Shown: piece after piece, positions 34,558 to 43,838 of the stretch
How the letters are laid out: every line of letters begins with the position of its first letter
How positions within the stretch are numbered: the stretch's first letter is position 1
Assembly (NCBI GenBank): GCA_043821945.1
Contig: JBDRCH010000003.1
Span: 1 to 51,898, forward strand
Origin: an archaeon
GTDB taxonomy: Archaea; Nanobdellota; Nanobdellia; Pacearchaeales; GW2011-AR1
Length of the DNA stretch: 51,898 nt
Direction: 5' to 3'
Notes under the pieces: generated by a model
Databases searched by the model: none
Told to the model about the DNA's origin: nothing
What the model saw: the letters and a program-made list of their open reading frames with translations, nothing else
Program-made: the position numbers and the translations under genes

Positions 34558-36307
34558 TCACTCAAGTACCGCCTTAATTCTCCTCACTCCTGATGAAGAG
34601 GATTCTTCTTTTTTAATTTTAAAATGCCCGAGCTCACAAGTATTTTTTGCATGAGGTCCTGCGCAGATCTCTTTACTAAATTCTCCAATTGAATAAACTG
34701 AAACTTTATCACCATATTTTTTATCAAATATTCCACATGCTCCTTGTTTTTTTGCTACTTTCAAAGGCATTTCTTCTCTAATTATCTCACATGAGTTTTG
34801 AATTTGTGCATTGACTAAATTCTCAACTTTTTTTATTTCTTCTGGAGTTAATTTTCTATCAAATAAAAAATCCAATCTTAATCTTTCGGGGGTTATATTG
34901 CTTCCTTTTTGAATTATATTGTTATCTTTTAAAACAATTTTTAATGCTTGAAGTAGAAGATGAGCTGCAGTGTGAAGCTTGGTTGTTTTTTCTGAGTTAT
35001 CTGCTAGACCTGATTTGAATTTTCCTTTTGTTGCTATTCTTGACAATTCTTGGTGTTTCTCAAATTCTTTACAAAAACCTTCTTCATCTACTTTGATTTC
35101 TTTTTCTTTTGCTAATTCTTTTGTCATTTCAATTGGGAAGCCATAACTTTGGTAAAGTAGAAAGGCATCTTTACAGGAAATTTGTTTTTTACTTTTTGTT
35201 ATTTTTTCAAATATTTTTAATCCTCTTTCTAGAGTTAAATTGAATTTTTCTTCTTCTTTTTTTAATTCTTCCAAAATCTTTTTTTTTGTTTTTTTGCAAA
35301 TGTTCATAATCAGTATAAATTTCAAAAACTGGTTCTGCAACTTTTGGAGTAAAATTTTCAATTCCTAAATTCTTTCCATATCTGATTGCTCTTCGAATTA
35401 ATCTTCGTAATATATATCCTTGTTCTGTGTTTGAAGGGGTTATCCCGTCGGCAATTATAAAACAAGAAGCTTTGAGGTGGTCTGCGATTATTCTCATGGG
35501 TTTTTCTTTTCCTTTATAGGATTTTTTTGATAATCTTTCAATTTGTTTTATTATTGGTTGCCAGATTTCTGTTAAGTAGTTATCTTCTAAGTTATTTATT
35601 ACTGCTAAAATTCTTTCTAATCCTCTCCCGTTGTCAACATTTTTTTGATTTGCAGAATTATAATTTCCTTTATCATCTTTTATATATTGCATCAAAACAT
35701 CATTCCATATTTCTACCCAATTTTCATCTTCAGGATTAAATTTTTTTGGAGCTGGTTTTGAATTATCTTTCCAATAAAATGTTTCTGTGTCTGGTCCACA
35801 GGGTCCTGTTTTTCCTGCAGGGCCCCACCAATTTTCTGATTTAGGTAAAAATACAATTCTTTCTTTTGGTATTCCTAATAATTTCCAAATTTCTGAAGAT
35901 TCATTGTCTTTAGGAGCGTCTTTATCTCCTTTAAAACAACTGATTGCTAATCTTTTTTTCTTTAACTTTAATATTTCTGTTGCAAATTCAAAAGACCACT
36001 TAAGTGCTTCAGGTTTCCAATAATCTCCAAAACTCCAATTTCCAATCATTTCAAAAAAAGTATGATGAACAGTATTGCCGACTTCTTCAATGTCTCCTGT
36101 TCTTATACATCTTTGAATATTCATTACTTTCCTTCCTAAAGGATGTTTCTGTCCTAAGAGATATGGGACAAGAGGATGCATTCCTGCTGAAATAAATAAA
36201 GTTGTTGGATCATTTTCAGGAATCAAACTTGCATTTTGGATTTCTTTATGACCTTTTGATTTAAAAAAATCAAGATATTTTTTGATTAATTGTTTTCGAG
36301 TTATCAT
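34558..36307 (-). CDS. alaS: Alanine--tRNA ligase (short form lacking C-Ala), frameshifted at about 35279-35295
   Basis: The 5' ORF has TTLF..AGM, HHTFFEM.GNWSFGDY and GPCGP. The 3' ORF has LYQSYGFP.E, HTA.HLL, EICAGPH and GVRRI.A. Removing one A from the A9 run joins them into 582 aa. Confidence 0.93.
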
Positions 36308-36351
36308 AGAAATTTTAGGATAATAGGTTTTAAAAATTATTTGTTAGAAGC

Positions 36352-36738
36352 TCAATAATTCTTTTCTTTTAATTCGGCTAGTTTGTTTTGAATTTCCTGC
36401 AATTGAGTTTCAATATCTTCATCATATTTCTTTGCTTTTTCTTTAATCTTCTTTGTTTCTTTTTTCTCTTTCTTTTTTTCTTTCTCTTCTTCTTCAGAAA
36501 TTTTTTGGAGATTTATTTTTGGAAGAGTTTTTTTTAATTTTCTTATATCTATTATTAATGATCTCAGCTTTGTGCTTAATTTTATTTTGGTGTCTAATTC
36601 ATTTAATCTAAGGATCTTATAATTTTTCATTATCTGTGCAGTTCTTAGGGAATCTCTTTCTAAAGAAAGAATAATTGTTTCTGCTTTAATAGCTTCTTCA
36701 TGTTCCAATTTGAGATGTATTAAATTTTTATTGTTCAT
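36352..36738 (-). CDS. Coiled-coil hypothetical protein
   Basis: Charged helical sequence; coupled to the upstream ORF. Confidence 0.7.
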   Translation of the reverse strand: MNNKNLIHLKLEHEEAIKAETIILSLERDSLRTAQIMKNYKILRLNELDTKIKLSTKLRSLIIDIRKLKKTLPKINLQKISEEEEKEKKKEKKETKKIKEKAKKYDEDIETQLQEIQNKLAELKEKNY

Positions 36739-37280
36739 TATAATTTAGAAAAAAGTTCTTTATCTACTTTTTCAATTTGTTGTTTTACTATTTGTATTTC
36801 TTGTGCCCAAGAATTTAATTCTTTTTCTTCTTGTTGTCTTATGTTTTGAATGTCTCTTAATAAATGTTCTATGGTAGATATTTTTTCTTTTGTTTTTTCA
36901 AAGATATCCATACTTTCTTCAAATTTATCTATTCTTATAAAAAGGGGTTCTGATTCTTTTGTTATTCTTTTAAAACGACTTGAATTTTCAGAAGGTTCTT
37001 CTTTTGTTGATCTTATCAGAGGTCTTTGCATCATTTGCGCATCTTCCTCAGCAAATTCATCTGCATCAAAAACCTCGTCACCTTCTTTTCTCCCAGTCAC
37101 AGCATCTTTTATTGTGTTTTGAGAAAATTTATCTCCAAAAGAATTATTTGGAAAACTTGGTAATTGGGGTATTTGTTCTTCATATTTTTCTAAAGAAGGG
37201 AATTCGGGAAGTTCTGGAAGGTCTGGCAATGAAGAAGGAAGTTCTTTTCTTTTTAATTCTGTTTTATTGATCCACCCCAT
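36738..37280 (-). CDS. Hypothetical protein (Pro-rich N-terminus, C-terminal coiled coil)
   Basis: LP.LP repeats, EPLFIRIDKF and a coiled coil. Confidence 0.7.
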   Translation of the reverse strand: MGWINKTELKRKELPSSLPDLPELPEFPSLEKYEEQIPQLPSFPNNSFGDKFSQNTIKDAVTGRKEGDEVFDADEFAEEDAQMMQRPLIRSTKEEPSENSSRFKRITKESEPLFIRIDKFEESMDIFEKTKEKISTIEHLLRDIQNIRQQEEKELNSWAQEIQIVKQQIEKVDKELFSKL

Positions 37281-37354
37281 TTTATATTTTATTTCATATC
37301 TTTTTTATTATATATAAAACATAACATAGGTTTAAAAATCCTTCGATAAATATT

Positions 37355-37395
37355 TTTGGAGTCATAAATTTATCTGAAAAATTTATGACTCCAAA
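37355..37395. repeat. Perfect 17-bp inverted repeat with a 7-nt spacer
   Basis: tttggagtcataaattt-atctgaa-aaatttatgactccaaa, between divergent genes. Confidence 0.9.
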
Positions 37396-37447
37396 CCGAA
37401 AGGTATTTATTTGCTTGATTATAAATTGAATAATAAATTAACTTAAA

Positions 37448-38185
37448 ATGCTAAAAAAACTTCTTAAAGAATCAGTAATCATTGTGGTGGGAAAACAATC
37501 AGGAGAGATATTTGAATTTCTTGATACTAAGAAGTATCTTAGTGAATTTTTAATAGCAAAAAAAATGGATATTACTGTCAATCAAGTTAGGAATATTCTT
37601 TATCGACTTGCAGATAATGGTCTTGTTTTATTCACAAGAAAGAAGGATAAAAAAAAGGGGTGGTACACTTATTCTTGGAAAATTGAAATATTAAAATCGC
37701 TGGAATTTTTAAAAGATGTTTTCAGAAAAGAGATAGAGAGAATTAAATATCAGGTAAAAAGCAGACAAAACAAGAATTTTTATCTTTGTGAAAGGTGTAA
37801 AATAGAGTTTAATGAGGAAAATGCTTTGTTTCATAATTTTACTTGTGATGAGTGCGGAGATATTTTCGTTTTAAAAGATAATTCTAGTTTATTAAAAGAG
37901 TGCAATAGAGATTTGGATAAATTAAATAATAAATTAAAGTTAGTTGAAGAAGAAATACAAAAAGAAATGAAGTTATTAAATGCTAAAAAAATTAGAATTA
38001 TTAAAAAAGAAGAAAAAGAAAAAAAGATGAAAAGGGAAGCTAAGAGAAAGATGACTAAGAAAAAATCTCCTAAAAAACCAATTAAGAAAAAAATAAAAAA
38101 GAAAGTTTCTAAGAAAGTAACTAAGAAAAAAATTAAGAAAATTCCTTTAAAAAAACCAAAGAAAAAGATTCCTAAGAAAAAATAA
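37448..38185 (+). CDS. tfe: Transcription factor E with a Lys-rich C-terminal tail
   Basis: Winged helix (VR.ILY.L…GWYTY.W) plus C..C…F.C.ECG Zn ribbon. Confidence 0.9.
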   Translation: MLKKLLKESVIIVVGKQSGEIFEFLDTKKYLSEFLIAKKMDITVNQVRNILYRLADNGLVLFTRKKDKKKGWYTYSWKIEILKSLEFLKDVFRKEIERIKYQVKSRQNKNFYLCERCKIEFNEENALFHNFTCDECGDIFVLKDNSSLLKECNRDLDKLNNKLKLVEEEIQKEMKLLNAKKIRIIKKEEKEKKMKREAKRKMTKKKSPKKPIKKKIKKKVSKKVTKKKIKKIPLKKPKKKIPKKK

Positions 38186-38186
38186 T

Positions 38187-38855
38187 ATGATGAGAGTTTA
38201 TCAAATGAACACTAAAAAGAAAAATATTTTTAATAATTTTAGTATGACTTTTAAAATAGTTTTGATTAATATTCTCCTTTTTGTTCTTTTTAGTGTTGCA
38301 TTAAATTTTAATTCAGGATATTTGGATTCTATTGCATTGAAACCTTCAAATATTGTTGAAGGAAAATATCTTTGGACTTTTTTAACAAGCATGTTTATGC
38401 ATGGAGGATTTTTTCATATTTTTGCAAATATGTTTTCGTTGTTTTTTATTGGTTCTTTAACTGAAAAAATTTTGGGTTCAAAAAGATACTCTTGGTTTTA
38501 TTTAGTCTCAGGTTTGTTTGCTGGTTTATTTTTTGTTTTATCTAGTTTAATTTGGGCTTCTGATTTTAATACATATGCTGTTGGGGCTTCAGGTGCTTTG
38601 TTTGGGTTAGTGGGATTGTTGGTTATTTTGACGCCAAATTTACCTGTTTATGTTATGTTCATTCCAATTCCAATAAAAATGAAATATGCTGGACCTGGAA
38701 TTTTGATTGTTTTATGGCTGATTTCTATAGCAGGAAATATTGGTATTGGAAACACTGCTCATTTGGGAGGATTGATTGTTGGTTTAATTTATGGATTCTA
38801 CTTAAGGAAAAAATTTCCAAATAAGACAATGCATCTGAATAAGGTTTTTAGTTGA
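38187..38855 (+). CDS. Rhomboid family intramembrane serine protease
   Basis: TSMFMH…HI..NM, GASGA and AHLGG motifs. Confidence 0.93.
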   Translation: MMRVYQMNTKKKNIFNNFSMTFKIVLINILLFVLFSVALNFNSGYLDSIALKPSNIVEGKYLWTFLTSMFMHGGFFHIFANMFSLFFIGSLTEKILGSKRYSWFYLVSGLFAGLFFVLSSLIWASDFNTYAVGASGALFGLVGLLVILTPNLPVYVMFIPIPIKMKYAGPGILIVLWLISIAGNIGIGNTAHLGGLIVGLIYGFYLRKKFPNKTMHLNKVFS

Positions 38856-39451
38856 AAATGAAAAAAAGAAAAAGAGGTTTTAGTTTAAAGAATGAGTATG
38901 TTGATAGTTTGGATTATCTAAAAAAGTCTAAGAAATTTATTTATGTTTCTATTGGAGTTTTTTTCTTTTTTGCTTTAATTGGTTTTTTTATTCCTGTTTC
39001 AGATTCAATTAAAGGACAAATTATTGAACTTTTAAAAGAGATTCTTGAAAAAACAGAAAATATGAATTCATTTCAATTAATTAGATTTATTTTTTTTAAT
39101 AATCTGCAGAGTAGTTTTCTTGGAATGATGCTCGGAGTTTTTTTAGGAATCTTTCCTCTTATTACAATTATTTTGAATGGATATCTTTTGGGTTTTGTTT
39201 CTCTGATGGCAATTAATGAGGGAGGAATTTTTGTTTTATGGAGACTTCTGCCCCACGGAATTTTCGAATTACCTGCTGTTTTTATTTCTGTTGGTCTTGG
39301 ATTGAAATTTGGAATTTTTATTTTTCAAAAAGATAGGGTAGAATCTTTTAGAAATTTTCTCTGGAATTCTTTAAGGGTTTTTTTGTTTATTGTGATTCCT
39401 TTGTTAATTATTGCTGCAATTATTGAAGGAATTTTAATAACTCTTTTTTAG
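38852..39451 (+). CDS. SpoIIM-family membrane protein
   Basis: IF.NN, NG..LG, PHGIFELPA and AAIIE motifs. Confidence 0.88.
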   Translation: MKMKKRKRGFSLKNEYVDSLDYLKKSKKFIYVSIGVFFFFALIGFFIPVSDSIKGQIIELLKEILEKTENMNSFQLIRFIFFNNLQSSFLGMMLGVFLGIFPLITIILNGYLLGFVSLMAINEGGIFVLWRLLPHGIFELPAVFISVGLGLKFGIFIFQKDRVESFRNFLWNSLRVFLFIVIPLLIIAAIIEGILITLF

Positions 39452-39499
39452 TTAATCTTAAATACTTCTTAATTTGATATATATTAAAGGAGGTGTAAA

Positions 39500-39679
39500 A
39501 TGTGGTATGAAAAAACTGCTTTGGTTTTAGCTGCTGTAGGTGCTATTAATTGGGGTCTTGCAGAAGTGGGATGGAATGCTGTAGATAAGTTATTGGGATT
39601 TGTTGACTGGTTACCAATGATTGTTTATTATGTTGTAGCCCTATGTGGAGTTTATGCACTATACAAAGTGTTTAAATAA
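39500..39679 (+). CDS. DUF378-family small membrane protein (not in the ORF track)
   Basis: 59 aa, MWYEKTALVLAAVGAINWGL…IVYYVVALCGVY; GGAGGTG RBS; GAINWGL signature. Confidence 0.85.
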   Translation: MWYEKTALVLAAVGAINWGLAEVGWNAVDKLLGFVDWLPMIVYYVVALCGVYALYKVFK

Positions 39680-39732
39680 AATTTCTTTTTATTTTTTTTA
39701 TTTATTAATTTTAGAATTCTTTTTATTTGAAA

Positions 39733-39933
39733 TTATTCTTTTAAGTCGCTTATACCTAACATTATAAAAAGAAGTCCTATCATAAGGACGAACCAAACTA
39801 GTCCTCCTTTGAAAACTTCCCATGCTGCATGTCTGAGATTCCAGAAGCTTTCCCATCGTGCAGAATACCATGTTAGTAGTATAATTCCATTTACTAGAAT
39901 TAATCCCATTAAAAGTTCAGCCCATTTATTCAT
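39733..39933 (-). CDS. Small two-TM membrane protein
   Basis: Two hydrophobic helices ending LGISDLKE. Confidence 0.7.
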   Translation of the reverse strand: MNKWAELLMGLILVNGIILLTWYSARWESFWNLRHAAWEVFKGGLVWFVLMIGLLFIMLGISDLKE

Positions 39934-40275
39934 TGTAGAATTACAATCTGTTTTTCCTTTAAAAAGATTTTTATGGTGGAATATATATTAATTTTAAATT
40001 CAGTGTAGTTTTTGGTTGATTATTTTTTAAAAATATTATTCTTACTAGGGGGTAGATATTATTTTGTTTCATTGTTGTGGTTATGTCTTGTTTCATTTGA
40101 AGTGCAGCTTCTCTCTCATCTCTTTTGTTGAGGGATAGTTTGTTAAAAATATCGTTGTGTTATTCTAAACATAAGTTTTAAAAAACCTCTTATTTTTTAA
40201 ATTCAATGAATAAGATATTTAATTGTTTAGCAATACCAATTATTTAATCTAGTGTAAACTTTTCTATATAATAAA

Positions 40276-41265
40276 ATGAAATTACCTAATAATGAACAAA
40301 GAGCAAGGGAGAGTATTTTCAAGGAATCAGTAGAGATAGAAGGTGTTGGAATTAAAGGCTATGATTTTAATAAAGGAGTGAATTACTCGAAACTTCTTGA
40401 TAGTTATTCTACGACTGGAATGCAGGCAGTGCATTTTGCTAAAGCAATTGAAATAATTAATAAGATGATTAAAGAGAATGTTTATGTTTATCTTGGTTAT
40501 ACTTCCAATATGGTCACTTCTGGATTAAGAGAAATTTTTCGTTATCTTGCAGAACATAAGAAGGTTAATGTGATTGTTACAACAGGTGGAGGAATTGAAG
40601 AAGATTTTATTAAGTGTATTGGGGATTTTGTTCTTGGAGATTTTACTTCTTCTGGCAAGGAATTAAGAGAAAAAGGAATTAATCGTGCTGGAAATATTTT
40701 TATTCCAAATTCAAGGTATTGTGCTTTTGAGGATTTTGTTATACCTGTTTTAGAAGAATTTTATCAAAATCAGAAAAAAACAGGAGAGATTGTTACACCC
40801 AGTAAGTTGATTTGGAAACTTGGAGAGAAAATAGATAATAAAGAGTCAATTTATTATTGGTGCTGGAAAAATAAAATTCCTGTTTTTTGTCCTGCTATTA
40901 ATGACGGAAGTTTGGGCGATATGATTTATTTCTTCAAGTCAAAGCACCCTGATTTTAAAGTTGATGTTTCTGATGATGGCTGGGAGTTGAATAATACTTC
41001 TTTGGGGCAGGAGAAGACTGGAATGATTATACTTGGTGCAGGAGTTATTAAACATCAAATATGCAATGCGAATTTATTTAGAAATGGTGCAGATCACACA
41101 GTGTATATTAATAATGCTTATGAGTATGACGGCAGTGATGCAGGTGCTCTTCCTGAAGAAGCTATTTCCTGGGGCAAGGTTCGCCCAAATGCAGAAAGCG
41201 TGAAAGTTTTTGGTGATGCAATTTTGTTGTTTCCTTTGATTGTTGCTAAGACTTTTGCTAAGTGA
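40276..41265 (+). CDS. dys: Deoxyhypusine synthase
   Basis: YTSNMV.SGLR, TGGG.EED, DGSD.GA.P.EA.SWGK. Confidence 0.95.
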   Translation: MKLPNNEQRARESIFKESVEIEGVGIKGYDFNKGVNYSKLLDSYSTTGMQAVHFAKAIEIINKMIKENVYVYLGYTSNMVTSGLREIFRYLAEHKKVNVIVTTGGGIEEDFIKCIGDFVLGDFTSSGKELREKGINRAGNIFIPNSRYCAFEDFVIPVLEEFYQNQKKTGEIVTPSKLIWKLGEKIDNKESIYYWCWKNKIPVFCPAINDGSLGDMIYFFKSKHPDFKVDVSDDGWELNNTSLGQEKTGMIILGAGVIKHQICNANLFRNGADHTVYINNAYEYDGSDAGALPEEAISWGKVRPNAESVKVFGDAILLFPLIVAKTFAK

Positions 41266-41347
41266 AATTTTTATTTAAATTGGATTTTAAGTTTGTTATA
41301 TAAATTTTTACATAAAAATTTATATATTCAAAACTTTTGATTTTCTT

Positions 41348-42391
41348 ATGGATGGAAAAAATAAAGATAATGAATTGATTGAGATTCTTAAATTATTTTC
41401 ACCAGGAACTTCAATTAGAACTGCACTTGATGATTTATTAAGAGCAAGAATGGGCGCACTTATTGTTATTGATAAAGATAATTTAATAAATATCGTGGAT
41501 GGAGGTTTTAGAGTCAATTCTAAATTTAGCTCTCAGAGATTAGTTGAACTTGCTAAAATGGATGGAGCAATTATTCTTTCTTCTGATTTAAAGAAAATTC
41601 TTTATGCAAATACTCTTCTTTTTCCAGATGTTCGTTTGTCTACCAAAGAAACTGGAACTCGACATAAGGCTGCTGAGAGAACTGCAAAGCAAATGAAGAC
41701 AATTGTTATTGCTGTTTCTGAAAGAAAGAATAAGATTACTCTTTATTTTGAAGATATTAAATACGAACTTGAGGGAAGTTCTGAAATTTTGCGTAGGGCA
41801 ACAGAGACTTTGCAAATTTTAGAAAAACAAAAAGAAATGCTTGATGATTTATTGATTAATTTGAATGTTTTAGAGATAAATAATATTGCTACTATTAGCG
41901 ATATTTGTGGAATTTTACAGAGAATTGAGATCATCAATAGAATCTCTGATACTGTTAAGAGATATCTTGTTGAGTTAGGAAAAGAAGGATTTATTATTAG
42001 TATGAGATTAAAAGAATTAACAAGAAACCTTAATCAAGAACGTAGAATGATTCTTGAAGATTATTTTGATTCAAGGTTATCAAAAGTAGATCTTATTCTT
42101 AGTAATATGAATTTTGATGTAATGCTTGACACAACGAATCTTTTAAAAGAACTTTTTGGAGAAATACATGATAAATCCATCTCTCCTAGTGGTTTGAGAA
42201 TTTTAAGAAAGATTAATTTGAATGGAGAAAATTTAGAAATTTTGATTAATAATTTTGAAAGTTTAGATAATATCTTTAGTGTAAAAAAAGAAGATTTGAT
42301 TAAGATTTTTAAGGATGAGAATTTTGCAGGTTCTATTAAACACGATTTAGATAGTTTAAGAGAAAAAATTATGGGTGGAAAGAAAGTATAA
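41348..42391 (+). CDS. disA: DisA-type diadenylate cyclase
   Basis: PGT..R.ALD, ELAKMDGA and ETGTRHKAAERTA motifs; linker domain; degenerate C-terminal HhH. Confidence 0.88.
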   Translation: MDGKNKDNELIEILKLFSPGTSIRTALDDLLRARMGALIVIDKDNLINIVDGGFRVNSKFSSQRLVELAKMDGAIILSSDLKKILYANTLLFPDVRLSTKETGTRHKAAERTAKQMKTIVIAVSERKNKITLYFEDIKYELEGSSEILRRATETLQILEKQKEMLDDLLINLNVLEINNIATISDICGILQRIEIINRISDTVKRYLVELGKEGFIISMRLKELTRNLNQERRMILEDYFDSRLSKVDLILSNMNFDVMLDTTNLLKELFGEIHDKSISPSGLRILRKINLNGENLEILINNFESLDNIFSVKKEDLIKIFKDENFAGSIKHDLDSLREKIMGGKKV

Positions 42392-42422
42392 TCTTTAAAA
42401 ACTATTCATTAGTATTCTTATC

Positions 42423-43451
42423 ATGCTTACTGATGATCAAATAGAAAAGATAAAAGAGCATCTTGAAAGAGCTCAGAATCCTCTGTTTTTTTTTGATAAT
42501 GATCAAGATGGTTTGTGTAGTTTCTTGTTATTGCAGAGATATATTAGCAGAGGTAAGGGAATCCCTGTAAAGTCTTTTCCAGATTTAAGTGTTGATTATT
42601 TTAGGAGAGTCAGGGAATTAAATGCAGATTATATCTTTATCTTAGATAGATCTATTGTTTCAAGGGAATTTTTTGAAGAGGTCTCGCAGAATAATATCCC
42701 TGTTGTCTGCATTGATCATCATAAAATTGAGGGGGTTTATATTCCTGATTTTGTAGATTATTTTAACCCTGATTCTGATATTAATGAGGCAGTTTCTGCT
42801 TTTTGTTATCAAGTGACTAAAAGAGATTTGTGGATTTCTATTGTGGGGTGTATTTCTGATGCATTTATTCCTGATTTTTATGAAGAGTTTAAGGAAAAGT
42901 ATCCTGATTTGACTATTGATTCTAATGATGCTTTGGATATTTATTATGAATCTGAAATTGGTAGGCTTGCACAAATTCTTGGGGCTGGATTAAAAGATAA
43001 GACAACTAATGTTGTGGGAATGATGAAATTTTTAATGAAAGTTGAAACTCCTTATGAAGTTCTGGAAGAGAATAATAAGACCTCTGTTTTTCATAAGAGA
43101 TTTAATGAAATAAATAAGAAATACCAAAAATTTTTGATGAAGGCAGAGGATGTTGCAAAAAATTCAGACAAGATTCTTTTTTTTGATTATGGTGGGAATA
43201 TGAGCATAAGTGCGGATTTGGCAAATGGGTTAAAACATAAGTTTCCTGATAAAATTATTGTTGTGGGTTATATTTCTGGAGCAAAGATTAATGTTTCTAT
43301 TAGGGGAAAGAATGTTAAAGAAAAAATTTTGAGAGTGATTGGGAATTTTGATGGGGCAACAGGTGGAGGGCATGATGATGCTGTTGGTGCGAGACTGAAT
43401 TCCCAAGATTGGGAGAGGTTTAAGGAGAGATTTAGGGAAGAGATTGAGTGA
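42423..43451 (+). CDS. DHH/DHHA1 phosphoesterase
   Basis: D.D.DG, D, IDHH, S.RG and GGGH..A.GA motifs. Confidence 0.9.
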   Translation: MLTDDQIEKIKEHLERAQNPLFFFDNDQDGLCSFLLLQRYISRGKGIPVKSFPDLSVDYFRRVRELNADYIFILDRSIVSREFFEEVSQNNIPVVCIDHHKIEGVYIPDFVDYFNPDSDINEAVSAFCYQVTKRDLWISIVGCISDAFIPDFYEEFKEKYPDLTIDSNDALDIYYESEIGRLAQILGAGLKDKTTNVVGMMKFLMKVETPYEVLEENNKTSVFHKRFNEINKKYQKFLMKAEDVAKNSDKILFFDYGGNMSISADLANGLKHKFPDKIIVVGYISGAKINVSIRGKNVKEKILRVIGNFDGATGGGHDDAVGARLNSQDWERFKERFREEIE

Positions 43452-43691
43452 TTTTGTCGTCAATAAAAAGTTACAACTTTTAATAGAAAGTTATAAAAAG
43501 GAATCTATCTTCATAAAATTATGAAAAGAAGGCTGAACTTTGTGTATTGGAATAATATGTTTAGTTTAGTCTGTGGTTCAATTAAACCTACTTTAATTTA
43601 ATTCAGTCTTATTTTTCTACCTGAATTAAATTTGATTTCTTTAAAATTTATTTAGGATTTAAAAATAATTCTGAGTTATGTTAATTTGAAA

Positions 43692-43805
43692 ATGGAAAAA
43701 AACAAAATGGAAAAAAGATATGTGGAAGCTGAATTGAGTAATTTAATGGAAATTACTCTTAGATTAGAAGATGAACTCCATTCTTTAATTAGTGATGATG
43801 AATAG
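43692..43805 (+). CDS. Possible 37-aa acidic peptide
   Basis: MEKNKMEKRYVEAELSNLMEITLRLEDELHSLISDDE*; TATA-like tttaaaaa about 30 bp upstream. Confidence 0.3.
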   Translation: MEKNKMEKRYVEAELSNLMEITLRLEDELHSLISDDE

Positions 43806-43838
43806 CGAGTTAATTTAGAAAGGGGTTTTTCTTATTTG

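Noticed and set aside
40206-40247. 13-aa ORF MNKIFNCLAIPII upstream of dys
   Set aside because: Too short, with no biased codon content or clear structure to support a leader-peptide role.
38852-42391. Sporulation pathway suggested by SpoIIM-like and DisA genes
   Set aside because: SpoIIM-family membrane proteins are widespread in non-sporulating archaea; no other sporulation genes are present.
43521-43612. 26-aa ORF within a possible long stem (aggctgaa…ttcagtct)
   Set aside because: Pairing is short and AT-rich and there is no identifiable regulated gene; cannot be distinguished from chance.
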